DNA of 63,568 nt from Thermoanaerobaculia bacterium (lineage in GTDB: Bacteria > Acidobacteriota > Thermoanaerobaculia > Gp7-AA8): assembly GCA_046594105.1 (NCBI GenBank), contig JBKJQB010000024.1, positions 1-63,568 of the forward strand, given 5' to 3'. Under the pieces are notes generated by a model. That model was not told the DNA's origin, ran no database searches, and was given only the letters and a program-made list of their open reading frames with translations. Made by a program: the position numbers and the translations under genes. Shown here one piece after another: positions 25,721 through 35,674 of the stretch (position 1 is the first letter of the stretch; every line of letters begins with the position of its first letter).

Positions 25721-28207
25721 ATGAATCGACTGAAGATCGCAATCGCCGCACTGGCCGTCTCCCTTCCCCTGCTCTCGTGCGCCAGCTACAACGCGTACGA
25801 GAAGGCGAGAACCGCTGAGAAGCTGAAGAACTGGGACGACGCTGTCATCGAGTATCAGAAGGCGCTGGAAGTCGATCCGCAGAACCTTCGCTACCGGGTC
25901 TCCCTGCAACGGGCCAAGCTGGAGGCTTCCCGCGTTCACTTCGAGAAGGGCAAGACCCTGCGCACCGCGGCCATGCAGTCGGTCGGTCCGGACCAGCTCC
26001 GCCTGGCCCAGCTGGCATCCGCCGAGCTCGAGCTCACGGTGAAGCTGGATCCCTCCAACCAGTTCGCGGCCGTGGAACGCGACAAGGCGGTGGGAACGAT
26101 CAACGATCTGACCGTGCGCAACGATGCCACCCTCTCCATCGACGACATCAAGAAAAAAGCGCGCAACAACGTTTCCAAAGCACAGCCCCCCCAACTCAAC
26201 CCCGCCTCCGATCAGCCCATCTCTTTGAGCTTTCCGCGGGAGACTCCGATCAAGGAGATCTACAAGGCGCTGGGAAACGCATTCGGCATCAACATCCTCT
26301 TCGATCAGGCCATCAAGGACAGCGACCGGCTCTCCATCGAGCTCAAGGACGTCACCGCGCAGGAAGCTCTCGAGCGGGTCATGCAGGCGGTCAATCACTT
26401 CTACAAAGTGCTGGACTCCCACTCCATCATCGTGGTTCCGGACAACCCGCAGGCGCGCCGTGACTACGAGGATCTGGTCATCCGCACGTTCTATCTCTCC
26501 AACGGCGACGCCGAGCAGGTCACCAACGTGGTGCGGACCATGATCGAGGCGCGCAACGTGTTCCCGCTCAAGGCCCTCAACGCCATCACTATCCGGGACA
26601 CCGCCGACAAGGTGCGCATCGCCGAGAAGATCATTGAGGCGAACGACAAAGCGAAAGCGGAAGTGGTCGTCGACGTGGAACTGGTGCAGCTCGATCTCAA
26701 CCGCGGGCGGGACATGGGATTCGCCCTCAGCGCGCAGAGCGGCTCCATCCAACCGCAGGGCTCGGTCACAGACACCGCCGGCAAAACCACCGGCGGCACC
26801 ATCAGCTCCATCCTTCTGAGCCAGCTCAAGACCCTCGGCCACAGCGGGAACTACTCCATCACCCTGCCCACGGCCAGCTACGCGCTGCTGAAATCGATCA
26901 GCAACGTCTCCCTGCTGGCCAACCCCGAGTTGCGGATTTCCGAGGGGGAGAAGGCCACGCTGCACATCGGCAACCGCATCCCCGTTCCGGTCACCACGTT
27001 CACCACGGCGGTGCAGCAGAACAACTTCGGCAGCCTTCCGGCCACGTCGTACCAATACCAGGACATCGGCATCAAGGTGGCCATCGAACCGCGCGTGCAT
27101 CACAACCGCGAGGTCACGTTGAAGCTGACAGTAGAAGTCTCCAGCCAGGGTCCGGACGCCCCGGCACCGGCAGGTCAGATCGCCCAGCCGACCTTCATCA
27201 CACGCACCATCGAGTCGACCATCCGCCTGAAGGATGGCGAGACCAACTTCCTGGCGGGCCTCATCCGGGAAGACCAGACCAACTCCGATCAGAAGACGCC
27301 ATTCCTGGGCGACCTGCCGTTCATCGGCCGGCTGTTCACCCAGAACCGCCAGCTGTCGCTCAAAACCGACCTCATTCTGACCATGACTCCGCACATCATC
27401 CGGATCCCCGACATCACCGAGGACGATCTGGCGCCGATGTGGGTCGGAACGACCAACAATCTGACCTTCCGCGGGATGTCGCCACGGCTGGAGTCGCGAT
27501 CGGCAACCGATCCGTTCGTCAATCGCTCCTCGGCCAGCAGTCAGTTCGGCACCGACGCAGCGACCGGCCTGCCGCTCGCTGACGGAGAACCGGGCAATGT
27601 GGTCCGTCCTCAAGGCACCGGACCGATCGCACCGGGGACTGCGCCCAACGATAGGTTCCGCAATTCGCCTCCCCCACCACCGCCTGTCCGGCCTCCATCG
27701 AACAGCAGCCTGGTCTGGCCGAAGCCCGTGGGCAGCGAACCGGACGGAACTCTTGCGGCGGCGACGTCGAGATCCGCTTCGTCCGATTCCGATGGCCTCT
27801 CGCCGCGCATCTCGCCGCAACCGGTGCATCTGTCCCTTCGCAGCGGGGAAGAGAAACTGTGGACTGTGGTGGGCATGGACCTCGACGGTCTGAGCACGAA
27901 TCGAATCGTGCTCCACTACGACCCGCGCACGCTCGACGTTTCCGAGGTGTTGTTCGGGCCGGCACTGGCCATCGACATCAAGGTTCCTCCGGTGGTGGTC
28001 ATCGACCGCAACGGCGGAACGATCAAAATCACTTCCTCGAACGGTCAACCCCTGTTGTTCAAAGGCGGGGGAGACATCGCCATGCTGCGGGTGCACGGTG
28101 GCATCGGCGGAGAGACGTTCCTGGTGCTGGAGAATCCTGATTTGAAGAACGGTCACGGAGACACCGTGGCGTCGGCCGTCTCCGGAGGACGCGCGAAGGT
28201 CGAATGA
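25721..28207 (+). CDS. Secretin (GspD/PilQ family) lipoprotein with N-terminal TPRs and a C-terminal cohesin-like domain
   Basis: Lipobox LLSC, TPR-like helices, N domains, secretin core (LLANPELRISEGEKA...LGDLPFIGRLF...LILTMTPHII). Start reassigned to ATG 25721. Confidence 0.9.
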   Translation: MNRLKIAIAALAVSLPLLSCASYNAYEKARTAEKLKNWDDAVIEYQKALEVDPQNLRYRVSLQRAKLEASRVHFEKGKTLRTAAMQSVGPDQLRLAQLASAELELTVKLDPSNQFAAVERDKAVGTINDLTVRNDATLSIDDIKKKARNNVSKAQPPQLNPASDQPISLSFPRETPIKEIYKALGNAFGINILFDQAIKDSDRLSIELKDVTAQEALERVMQAVNHFYKVLDSHSIIVVPDNPQARRDYEDLVIRTFYLSNGDAEQVTNVVRTMIEARNVFPLKALNAITIRDTADKVRIAEKIIEANDKAKAEVVVDVELVQLDLNRGRDMGFALSAQSGSIQPQGSVTDTAGKTTGGTISSILLSQLKTLGHSGNYSITLPTASYALLKSISNVSLLANPELRISEGEKATLHIGNRIPVPVTTFTTAVQQNNFGSLPATSYQYQDIGIKVAIEPRVHHNREVTLKLTVEVSSQGPDAPAPAGQIAQPTFITRTIESTIRLKDGETNFLAGLIREDQTNSDQKTPFLGDLPFIGRLFTQNRQLSLKTDLILTMTPHIIRIPDITEDDLAPMWVGTTNNLTFRGMSPRLESRSATDPFVNRSSASSQFGTDAATGLPLADGEPGNVVRPQGTGPIAPGTAPNDRFRNSPPPPPPVRPPSNSSLVWPKPVGSEPDGTLAAATSRSASSDSDGLSPRISPQPVHLSLRSGEEKLWTVVGMDLDGLSTNRIVLHYDPRTLDVSEVLFGPALAIDIKVPPVVVIDRNGGTIKITSSNGQPLLFKGGGDIAMLRVHGGIGGETFLVLENPDLKNGHGDTVASAVSGGRAKVE

Positions 28208-28734
28208 GCTCATTCTCCTTTCCGCTCCGGAACGCCAGGTCCGTCCGGGAAACGAGTCCCCGGCCGAACGGCTTCACCATCGCCGAGTTGATCACGGTGG
28301 TGGCCATCATTGGAGTCCTGGCCTCCGTCGCCGTTCCGATCGCCAGCTTCGGGATCCGCCGGCAGAAGGAACTGGAATTGAGGGAGAAGCTTCGCCGGAT
28401 CACCGATGCCATCGATCGCTACCATGACCTCCGGCTGGGCGGCGCGTTGAATCCGACGCTGGGAATCAAGAAACCGCCTGACTTCGGACAGGGCGAATGG
28501 CCCAAGAATCTCGAGGAGCTGAGCAAGCCCATCGAGCTGGGAAACGGGAAACATGTGCGGTTTCTGCGCGAGCGCGATCTGATCGATCCGATGACGCGAA
28601 AGAATGACTGGATCACCCTCAGCATCAGCGACGATCCGGACAAGAGCGACTCCAACTCGGAGCAGGTCTTCGAGGTGCACTCTCGTTCCACCGCCCTGGC
28701 ACTCGATGGAAAGACGCACTACAACGAATGGTGA
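28204..28734 (+). CDS. GspG/PulG-like pseudopilin
   Basis: NG|FTIAELITVVAIIGVLA; KELELREKL...AIDRY; FLRERDLIDPMT. Confidence 0.85.
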   Translation: MSSFSFPLRNARSVRETSPRPNGFTIAELITVVAIIGVLASVAVPIASFGIRRQKELELREKLRRITDAIDRYHDLRLGGALNPTLGIKKPPDFGQGEWPKNLEELSKPIELGNGKHVRFLRERDLIDPMTRKNDWITLSISDDPDKSDSNSEQVFEVHSRSTALALDGKTHYNEW

Positions 28735-28768
28735 AACGAACTGCCTCAGCCCGCACGACCAAAAGCGA

Positions 28769-29221
28769 ATGATGACCAAACCGAAGATTCGACGCACCAT
28801 GCAGCAGGGATTCACGCTCATCGAGCTGATCGTCGTGGTGACGATCATCGGGATCCTGGCCGGCCTGGCCCTCACCAATGTGAGATGGGCGCAGCAGAAG
28901 GCGCGCGAGGCCGCTCTGCGCCATGACCTGTTCGAGCTGCGAAAAGGCATCGACGATTACTACGCGGACAAACAGAAGTATCCCGAGAATCTCGAAGCGC
29001 TGAAGGCCGCCCACTACCTCCGCAGCATTCCCAAGGACCCCATCACCAACGCGGCCGACTGGAAGGAAGAGGCGGTGCAGGTCGATCCCACCGGCAGCGA
29101 TCCGAACGCCGCTCCGGTCGACCCGACCATCCCTCAGGACAGCGGGCCGCCCGGCATCGGCGACGTCCACAGCAACGCGACGGGCAATGGGCTCGATGGC
29201 ACTCCCTACGCGAGCTGGTAG
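28769..29221 (+). CDS. GspG/OxpG-like pseudopilin
   Basis: QG|FTLIELIVVVTIIGILA; REAALRHDL...IDDYYAD...YLRSIPKDP. Confidence 0.88.
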   Translation: MMTKPKIRRTMQQGFTLIELIVVVTIIGILAGLALTNVRWAQQKAREAALRHDLFELRKGIDDYYADKQKYPENLEALKAAHYLRSIPKDPITNAADWKEEAVQVDPTGSDPNAAPVDPTIPQDSGPPGIGDVHSNATGNGLDGTPYASW

Positions 29222-29858
29222 CGATTCGGAGCGGGGCTTCACCCTCGCCGGCGTCATCGTGCTGATGACGCTGATGATGATCATCGTCGCCTACACCGTG
29301 CCGCGACAGTGGTCCGCGGTTCTGCAGCGGGACCGCGACCGCCAGACCATCTTCGCCATGCGCCAGTACGCCCGGGCCTGCCGCGAATGGAACAAGAAGC
29401 ACGCCGGCATCTATCCCACCAGCATCACTCAGCTGAAAGAAGCGCGCTCTCCTCGTTTCATGCGCGGGGTCAAGAGCGAGATGATCGATCCCCTGACCGG
29501 ACAGGTGGACTGGCTGATCATTCCGCAGGCCGCCGCAACCCAGCCGGGCGCACCGGGTCCCGGCAGCCCTCCCCCAACCGGCGGCCCCGCACCCACCACT
29601 CCGACCGGATCACCCACCCAGCCGGGCCTCGGACAACCCACGCTGCCGAATGGCCAGCCCGCCACTCAAGCCCTGCCGGGCGTCCCGATGAAAGACTACG
29701 CTGGCGGCCCCTTCGTCGGCGTGCGCCCCCCGAAAACCGGCAAGAGCATGCTGCGGCTCAAGGACGCCGACACCTACGAAACCTGGATGTTCACGGCCCT
29801 GGACCTCGAGCAGGAAATCGCCGCGAGAATGGCGGCCATGAACAATCCCTGGAAGTAG
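29187..29858 (+). CDS. Glu5-less pseudopilin (GspK-like position)
   Basis: RG|FTLAGVIVLM with Gly in place of Glu5; DP(L)TG and W.F motifs. Confidence 0.72.
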   Translation: MGSMALPTRAGSDSERGFTLAGVIVLMTLMMIIVAYTVPRQWSAVLQRDRDRQTIFAMRQYARACREWNKKHAGIYPTSITQLKEARSPRFMRGVKSEMIDPLTGQVDWLIIPQAAATQPGAPGPGSPPPTGGPAPTTPTGSPTQPGLGQPTLPNGQPATQALPGVPMKDYAGGPFVGVRPPKTGKSMLRLKDADTYETWMFTALDLEQEIAARMAAMNNPWK

Positions 29859-29911
29859 GGGCTTCGTCGAACTTCTTGCCTGCTTTTTTTCTTCGACGGC
29901 CGCGCTCTTCC

Positions 29912-30044
29912 ATCGAGTGTCCTTCTCCCCGCGCACGAGGAGAAGGTGCCGAAGGCGGATGAGGGGTGCTCTCGCGACGTAGAAGGACCCCTCATCCCCG
30001 CTTCGCGGACCTTCTCCCCGTGCGCGGGGAGAAGGACACTCGAT
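29912..30044. repeat. Inverted pair of R3 REP-like elements (BIME-like) between convergent genes
   Basis: 29912-29966 (-) and 29988-30044 (+) both match the 22656 copy. Confidence 0.85.
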
Positions 30045-30071
30045 GGGGATGCTCCGCGCGACGACAAAACC

Positions 30072-31361
30072 TTAAATTGCGATGGCGTCGCGCAGCATCT
30101 CTGCGGAGAATCCTGGCGTCTTGATGTTGCCGAGGAGCGTGAGCGAGAGGCTGTCGGGATCGACGATGGTCTGCGCGGCGCGCTGGATGTCCTCCAGTGA
30201 CACCTCGTCGATGTGCTGGATGATCTCGTCGGGAGAGAACTGCTGGCCGAAGTAATACTCCTGACGGACCATTCCCGACATCCGGCTGACGGTGGACTCC
30301 AGCGACAGGAGGATCGAGCCCTTCAGGTGCAGCTTGGCCGCGCTCAACTCGTCCGCGGTGACACCACTGTTCCGGATGGTGCGCATCTCCTCGAGGGTGA
30401 TGGTGAGCACCTTCTTGAGGTTCTTCGGCACGCAGGCCGCGTAGATCGCCTCATAGCCGCCGTGCAGGTACCCGTTGTGGTACGACAGCACCGTGTAGAC
30501 CAGGCCTTCCTTCTCCCGGATCCTCTGGAAGAGCCGTGACGACATACCGCCACCAAAGACGGTATTGAAGAGCGCCGCGGCGTAGCGTTCCTGGTTCTGC
30601 TGCGGGAATCCTCTCGATCCGAGACAAAGATGGACCTGCTCGAGCTCGCGCTTCTGGCGCAGCAGAACGTGTTGATTGGGAGTGGGGGCGATCCAGGTTC
30701 GAGTCTCCGGCGCTTTGGAGTTCTTCGGAAATGCCCGTTCCAGAAACGGGATGATCTGCTCCGGCCGGACGTTCCCCGACGCGCAGAAAATCAGGTTGGC
30801 GGGATGGAAGGTTTCCTTGTAGTGGGCGACGATCTGTTCCCGTCGCAGCCGGTTGACGGTCTCCTCGGTGCCCAGGATGGGCCGGCCCAGCGGATGGTTG
30901 GCCCAGAACGCGGTGACGAACAGCTCGTGCACCAGATCGTCCGGCGTGTCTTCCACCATCTTGATCTCTTCGAGGATGACGCTGCGCTCCGACTCGACGT
31001 CGTCTTCGGTGAAACGGGGAGAGGCCACGATCTCCGTCAACAGGTCGAGGGCCAGCTCCACCTGCTCATCGAGCACGTGGGCGTAGAACGAGGTGTACTC
31101 CTTCCCGGTGAAGGCATCGACGTCCCCACCGAGAATGTCGATCACCTGAGCGATCTCGGTGGTGGAACGGTTTGCCGTTCCTTTGAACACCAGATGCTCC
31201 AGAAAATGAGAAGCGCCGCTGTGCTCCTCCGACTCCACGGCCGAGCCGGTGCGCAAGGTGTAGCCGAGGGCCACCGACCGCACGTAGGGAAGCGTCTCAA
31301 TGAGGATGGTCAAGCCGGACGGAAGGACGTACCGGCTGACCTGAAGGGGATTCGATTTCAT
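30072..31361 (-). CDS. M16 family zinc peptidase (pitrilysin-like)
   Basis: Inverted zincin HFLEH, NAFT-like DAFTGKEYT, LFQRIREKEGLVY. Start reassigned to ATG 31361. Confidence 0.92.
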   Translation of the reverse strand: MKSNPLQVSRYVLPSGLTILIETLPYVRSVALGYTLRTGSAVESEEHSGASHFLEHLVFKGTANRSTTEIAQVIDILGGDVDAFTGKEYTSFYAHVLDEQVELALDLLTEIVASPRFTEDDVESERSVILEEIKMVEDTPDDLVHELFVTAFWANHPLGRPILGTEETVNRLRREQIVAHYKETFHPANLIFCASGNVRPEQIIPFLERAFPKNSKAPETRTWIAPTPNQHVLLRQKRELEQVHLCLGSRGFPQQNQERYAAALFNTVFGGGMSSRLFQRIREKEGLVYTVLSYHNGYLHGGYEAIYAACVPKNLKKVLTITLEEMRTIRNSGVTADELSAAKLHLKGSILLSLESTVSRMSGMVRQEYYFGQQFSPDEIIQHIDEVSLEDIQRAAQTIVDPDSLSLTLLGNIKTPGFSAEMLRDAIAI

Positions 31362-31464
31362 CGCGGCCGATTGTAGCCGCGGAATCGGAATGACGTCGTC
31401 AGCATTCGCGGAGGGTCTCTGAAAGCCATCCCTGACGCACAACACGAACTGGCGGCGCATTGCA

Positions 31465-31540
31465 GGAGCCTACGCGGCAGAACGTCTTGGAGCGTGGTCT
31501 TGGCGGAGCCTTGGGCAACAGCGCCGCCGGCCGTGCCGGC
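31465..31540 (-). repeat. R1a repeat copy (starts at the L,D-transpeptidase stop)
   Basis: TAG|GCCGGCACGGCCGGCGGCGCTGTTGCCCAAGGCTCCGCC... Confidence 0.9.
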
Positions 31541-32884
31541 CTAGGGCGTCTTTTCTTCGGCCTTCTTCGCTACTTCCGGCATGCCCTCACGGCTGCTGTC
31601 GACGAACGAGACCTCGACCCCTTCGCTGATCCGATGAGAGACCTCGACGGCGTCCCAGTTGGTCAGGCGCACGCACCCATGTGATGACGCGTAGCCGATC
31701 GAGTCGGGGTCAGGATTGCCATGCATCCCGTAATGCGGTTTGCTCAGGGCCATCCACACCAGGCCCACCGGAGAGTTGGGGCCGGGCTTCAACTGCGCAT
31801 CGGGCTCGCTGTCGGCGACCTCATGATAGAGCTTCGGGTTGTAGTGAAACTGGGGGAGTGGAGCAATTCGGGTGACCTTGACGGTCTCGTCGGGTGAGGG
31901 GTCGTACCCGGCGCCGAGGGTCGTTGGCGCATGGAAGATCACATTGCCGGCGCCGTCGAACGCATTGTAGGAGTTGCCGGCGATGGAGATGATCACCCTG
32001 GCGATGTCCTTTGCATCCGCCGTCATCGCCGGCCGGACATTCGGGACGTTGATGGAGCTCCCCTCCTGGAGATCGGAGAATTTCACGCCCGGGTTGAGCA
32101 ACTCCAGGAAATCTTCGGTGCTGTGGAAGTGCTCTGAGAGCTTTTCGCGCAGCGACTCGTAGCACAGGCAATCGAGCTTGGCCTTCTCGTAGGGGCTGGA
32201 GGGAATGCTGACGAAGGGACCTTTCACGTCATCCGCAGTCAACCGGTACGAGATCACCACCGGGACATTTCCCGCCGCCTGGGCGATGGAGCGGAAGGTG
32301 GCCTCGTCGACGTCGCCGGTCGGCTCCATGCCGTGGGACCGCTGCCACCACCAGACGGTGATCGCAGAGTTCCGTCCCCATCGCCCATCCAGGGATCCCA
32401 CCGAGAAATGATTGCGATCGAGGTAGACCTGCGTACGGAGTACCGACGGGCCGCCGACGTCACCGCTGATGGGGAGACTGACCGGAGCGGCGTTGATCCC
32501 GTTCGCGTCGAGCCCCTTGAACTTCTGTTTGACGCCGGTCACGAATTGGAACGGTGACGGAGCGAGCGGCGCAGCAGGGCTGGGGGTGGTCGCGGTCTGG
32601 GCAGCTTGAGCAGCCTGCGCCTTCGCGGCCTGCTGCGCTCGGAACGACTGCAACTGTCGGAACTGCTGGTTGAATCGTTCTTTCTCGCGCTGCTGCCGCG
32701 CCGCAGCGATCGACGCTGGGTCATCCGGCTTCCCGATCGGCGTCGAAATGTCGAACGTTTCGTCCACCTTTGAGGCGACCTTCTCGATGACGTTCTTGTG
32801 TTCCCCGCTGGCGTCGCTGGATTGTTCGCGCGAGCAGCCCGCCATCACCATCGCAATCACGACCAGTCCGAAAATTCTTTTCAT
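31541..32884 (-). CDS. L,D-transpeptidase (YkuD) lipoprotein with a peptidoglycan-binding domain
   Basis: Lipobox MAGC, PG-binding LDGRWGRNS, catalytic YGMHG...SHGCVRLTN. Confidence 0.92.
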   Translation of the reverse strand: MKRIFGLVVIAMVMAGCSREQSSDASGEHKNVIEKVASKVDETFDISTPIGKPDDPASIAAARQQREKERFNQQFRQLQSFRAQQAAKAQAAQAAQTATTPSPAAPLAPSPFQFVTGVKQKFKGLDANGINAAPVSLPISGDVGGPSVLRTQVYLDRNHFSVGSLDGRWGRNSAITVWWWQRSHGMEPTGDVDEATFRSIAQAAGNVPVVISYRLTADDVKGPFVSIPSSPYEKAKLDCLCYESLREKLSEHFHSTEDFLELLNPGVKFSDLQEGSSINVPNVRPAMTADAKDIARVIISIAGNSYNAFDGAGNVIFHAPTTLGAGYDPSPDETVKVTRIAPLPQFHYNPKLYHEVADSEPDAQLKPGPNSPVGLVWMALSKPHYGMHGNPDPDSIGYASSHGCVRLTNWDAVEVSHRISEGVEVSFVDSSREGMPEVAKKAEEKTP

Positions 32885-33054
32885 GAACTCACCCCGTGTC
32901 GTCTGCTGAAGCAAACTTGCTGCCCGGGTCATGGGGCCGCGTTCGATGTCGAAGTGCGAGTGCGTCACAACGGCGACGCTCCGTGGCGCGTCGTAGCCGA
33001 GGACCTCCCCCCATCCACTCTCCGATCCTGCTTCTCGGTTAGACTTTTCCCTCG

Positions 33055-34800
33055 GTGATCACCTATCTCAAAGTCCGGAACCTGGCCATCGTCGAAGAGT
33101 TCGTCATCGAGCCAGGCCCCGCACTGAACGTCCTGACCGGCGAGACGGGGGCGGGAAAGTCCCTGCTCATCGACTCGCTGGAGCTCCTCCGCGGCGCTCG
33201 AAGCTCCTCGGAGATGATCCGCACCGGTGCCGAAAAAATGTCCGCTGAGGCGGTCTTTCATCTCCCGGCCGCGGCAGCGGACGCGCTGGAGGAGATTGGC
33301 GTGGAGATCGATCGCAGCGGGGAAGTTCTCGAGTTGATCGTGAAACGGGAGCTCTCCACGAACGGTCGAGGGCGCGTTCTCCTCAATGGCTCTCCCCTCT
33401 CCGTGCGCGAGCTTGCCATGGCCATGGAGCCGGCGCTGGAGATTCACGGCCAGCACGATTCCCACGCACGTGTCGCCGGACAAGGCTACCGGGAACTGGT
33501 GGACGACTTCGCCGGCAATGAGTCGTTGCGCGGGGCCACTGCCCTGGCCCATTCCACGTGGCGCACCGCCTCGGAAAGCCTGCAGCAACTGACCGAAGCA
33601 CAACGCGACCGCGCCCTCCGGCTCGATCTGCTCCAGTATCAGATCGAAGAGATCTCCACCGCCAGAGTCGATCCGGGGGAAGAAGATCCGTTGCGCAACG
33701 AACGGAGCCTGCTAGCCAATGCGCGGGAGCTGGCCGACGCCACCGGCGGCGCCTTCGCCCTGCTCGATGAAGAGGACTCCTCCGCGCTGGCGCAGCTCGG
33801 TCGGGCCTCTCATCTCCTGGCGCCGCTGTCACGGGACATCGCGGACGTCCGCGCGATCACCGCCGATCTTCAGGAAACGATCTACCGCCTGCAGGAGACC
33901 TCGCGAGCTCTCTCGCGCATGGCGGAGTCGATCCGCCATGACCCGGCTCGCCTCGAGGAGATCGAAGACCGGCTGATCACACTGGAACGGTTGAAGAAAA
34001 AGTACGGAGGATCGATCGAAGAGGTGCTGCGTCATCTGAGCGGCGCCCAGGACGAATTCGAGCAGCTTCGCGACTACGAAGCGAACCTGGAAAAGCTCGA
34101 ACGGATCGAGTCCGAACGCTTCTCCCAGTTCCAGGAGGCCGCGGCAGCGCTCTCCGCATCGCGGAAAAAGGCGGCCAGAGTCTTCCAGGAGGCGATCCAG
34201 GCGGAGTTGAACGATCTGGCCATGGAACGCACCACCGTGCGCATCGCGGTCAGCACCGCGCCGGCAACGGACTCACGACTGAGCATCGACGATCAGCCCG
34301 TAGCCTTCGGCGCTGATGGCTTCGACCGCATCGAGATTCTGATCGCTCCGAACCGAGGCGAAGAGCCAAAGGCCATGCAGAGAATCGCATCCGGTGGCGA
34401 GCTCTCCCGGATCCAGCTGGCCATTGCCGCCGCCCTGTTCAAAGCGTCGGAGGACACCGCTTCCGCCACTCTGGTCTTCGACGAGATCGATGCCGGAATC
34501 GGAGGAAGGGTGGCCGAGGTGGTGGGCCGCAAGCTTCAGGAACTGGCGACACGCAACCAGGTCATCTGCGTGACGCATCTTCCCCAGATCGCCAGCTTCG
34601 GGACCACTCACTTCTTCGTGTGGAAGGAGGATGCCGCCGGTCACACCCGCGCCCGCATCCGCCGGCTCGACGAACGCGAGGAACGCGTCCAGGAAGTGGC
34701 TCGGATGCTCGGAGGCCAGTCCATCCCGGCGTCGGCAGTCCTGCACGCGCGGGAGCTGCTCGACGCGGCTCTGCAGAAACCGGCGAAAGCGCGGCCATGA
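33055..34800 (+). CDS. recN: DNA repair protein RecN
   Basis: LTGETGAGKS, coiled coil, ASGGELSRIQLA, LVFDEIDAGIGG, VTHLPQIA. Confidence 0.96.
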   Translation: MITYLKVRNLAIVEEFVIEPGPALNVLTGETGAGKSLLIDSLELLRGARSSSEMIRTGAEKMSAEAVFHLPAAAADALEEIGVEIDRSGEVLELIVKRELSTNGRGRVLLNGSPLSVRELAMAMEPALEIHGQHDSHARVAGQGYRELVDDFAGNESLRGATALAHSTWRTASESLQQLTEAQRDRALRLDLLQYQIEEISTARVDPGEEDPLRNERSLLANARELADATGGAFALLDEEDSSALAQLGRASHLLAPLSRDIADVRAITADLQETIYRLQETSRALSRMAESIRHDPARLEEIEDRLITLERLKKKYGGSIEEVLRHLSGAQDEFEQLRDYEANLEKLERIESERFSQFQEAAAALSASRKKAARVFQEAIQAELNDLAMERTTVRIAVSTAPATDSRLSIDDQPVAFGADGFDRIEILIAPNRGEEPKAMQRIASGGELSRIQLAIAAALFKASEDTASATLVFDEIDAGIGGRVAEVVGRKLQELATRNQVICVTHLPQIASFGTTHFFVWKEDAAGHTRARIRRLDEREERVQEVARMLGGQSIPASAVLHARELLDAALQKPAKARP

Positions 34801-35390
34801 GACTGTGGAAGGTGGACGGCGAACCGTCGGAGGAGATCATTGCAGCCGTTGCCACGATCCTGAAAGCGCGAGGCGTGGTTCTGATGCCCACGGACACCAT
34901 CTACGGCCTTCATGGTCTAGCCGGCAATCCCGCGATCAACGAGAGGATCGCTCGGATCAAGGGACGCTCGGAGGACAAACCATTTGTCATCATCGCGGCG
35001 AACCTCGTCCAGCTCATAGAGCTCGATCTTCTCATCCCGGAAGTGCTCGAGAGTCTGTGGCCCGCTCCGCTCACAGCAATCCTGCCGAGAAAAAGCAGCA
35101 CTGCATTGGCGGTTCGCGTTCCAGACAGTCGATGGCTGCGCGATCTGCTCGAGCTCACCGGACCTCTCGTCTCCACCAGCGCGAATCCAAGCGGAGAACT
35201 TCCGATAACTTCTCCATCGCAGCTTCCGGACAGCCTGCAATCCGCGCTCGACGCGATCGTTGATGGCGGTGTGCGCGAGGCGAAAGCCTCAGCGATCGTG
35301 GACTTTACCGGGGCACAGCCCAGGCTGACCCGGGAGGGCGATCCGGGCTTTACACAGAAACTGCGGAAAACGCTGCGGAAAAGCCTGTGA
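34797..35390 (+). CDS. tsaC: L-threonylcarbamoyladenylate synthase (TsaC/Sua5/YrdC)
   Basis: PTDTIYGL, KGRSEDKPF, LVSTSANPSG; ATG overlaps the recN stop. Confidence 0.9.
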   Translation: MRLWKVDGEPSEEIIAAVATILKARGVVLMPTDTIYGLHGLAGNPAINERIARIKGRSEDKPFVIIAANLVQLIELDLLIPEVLESLWPAPLTAILPRKSSTALAVRVPDSRWLRDLLELTGPLVSTSANPSGELPITSPSQLPDSLQSALDAIVDGGVREAKASAIVDFTGAQPRLTREGDPGFTQKLRKTLRKSL

Positions 35391-35580
35391 AAAACTCACA
35401 GAATCGCAAAAAACCGGCCGCTTGCAGCGATTTGCACAATGAGTTGGGCGAATTCTGCTAAACCGTTCTTTTTTTAACTAGTTAAGTTCGTCGAAGCGCG
35501 AAATAGCAGCACCTCTTGTGCACTTTGTGAAGCGACGAACCAAGTTTCCACAGAGAATTTTGCACCGCGCCTCTGGAAAA
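35348..35580. promoter_or_regulatory. Cluster of DnaA-box-like 9-mers with an AT-rich core (oriC candidate)
   Basis: Eight sites within one mismatch of TTWTNCACA (35348, 35362, 35374, 35386 perfect, 35430, 35544, 35558, 35572) flanking TTCTTTTTTTAACTAGTTAAGTT. Confidence 0.65.
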
Positions 35581-35674
35581 GGCGCGCTGGGACGAGGCCA
35601 CGGGGCCCGTGAGACTCAGCCTTCCAATCGAGAAATACGCGAATAGCGCCTGCGCCATCAAGGAATCGAGGCGC

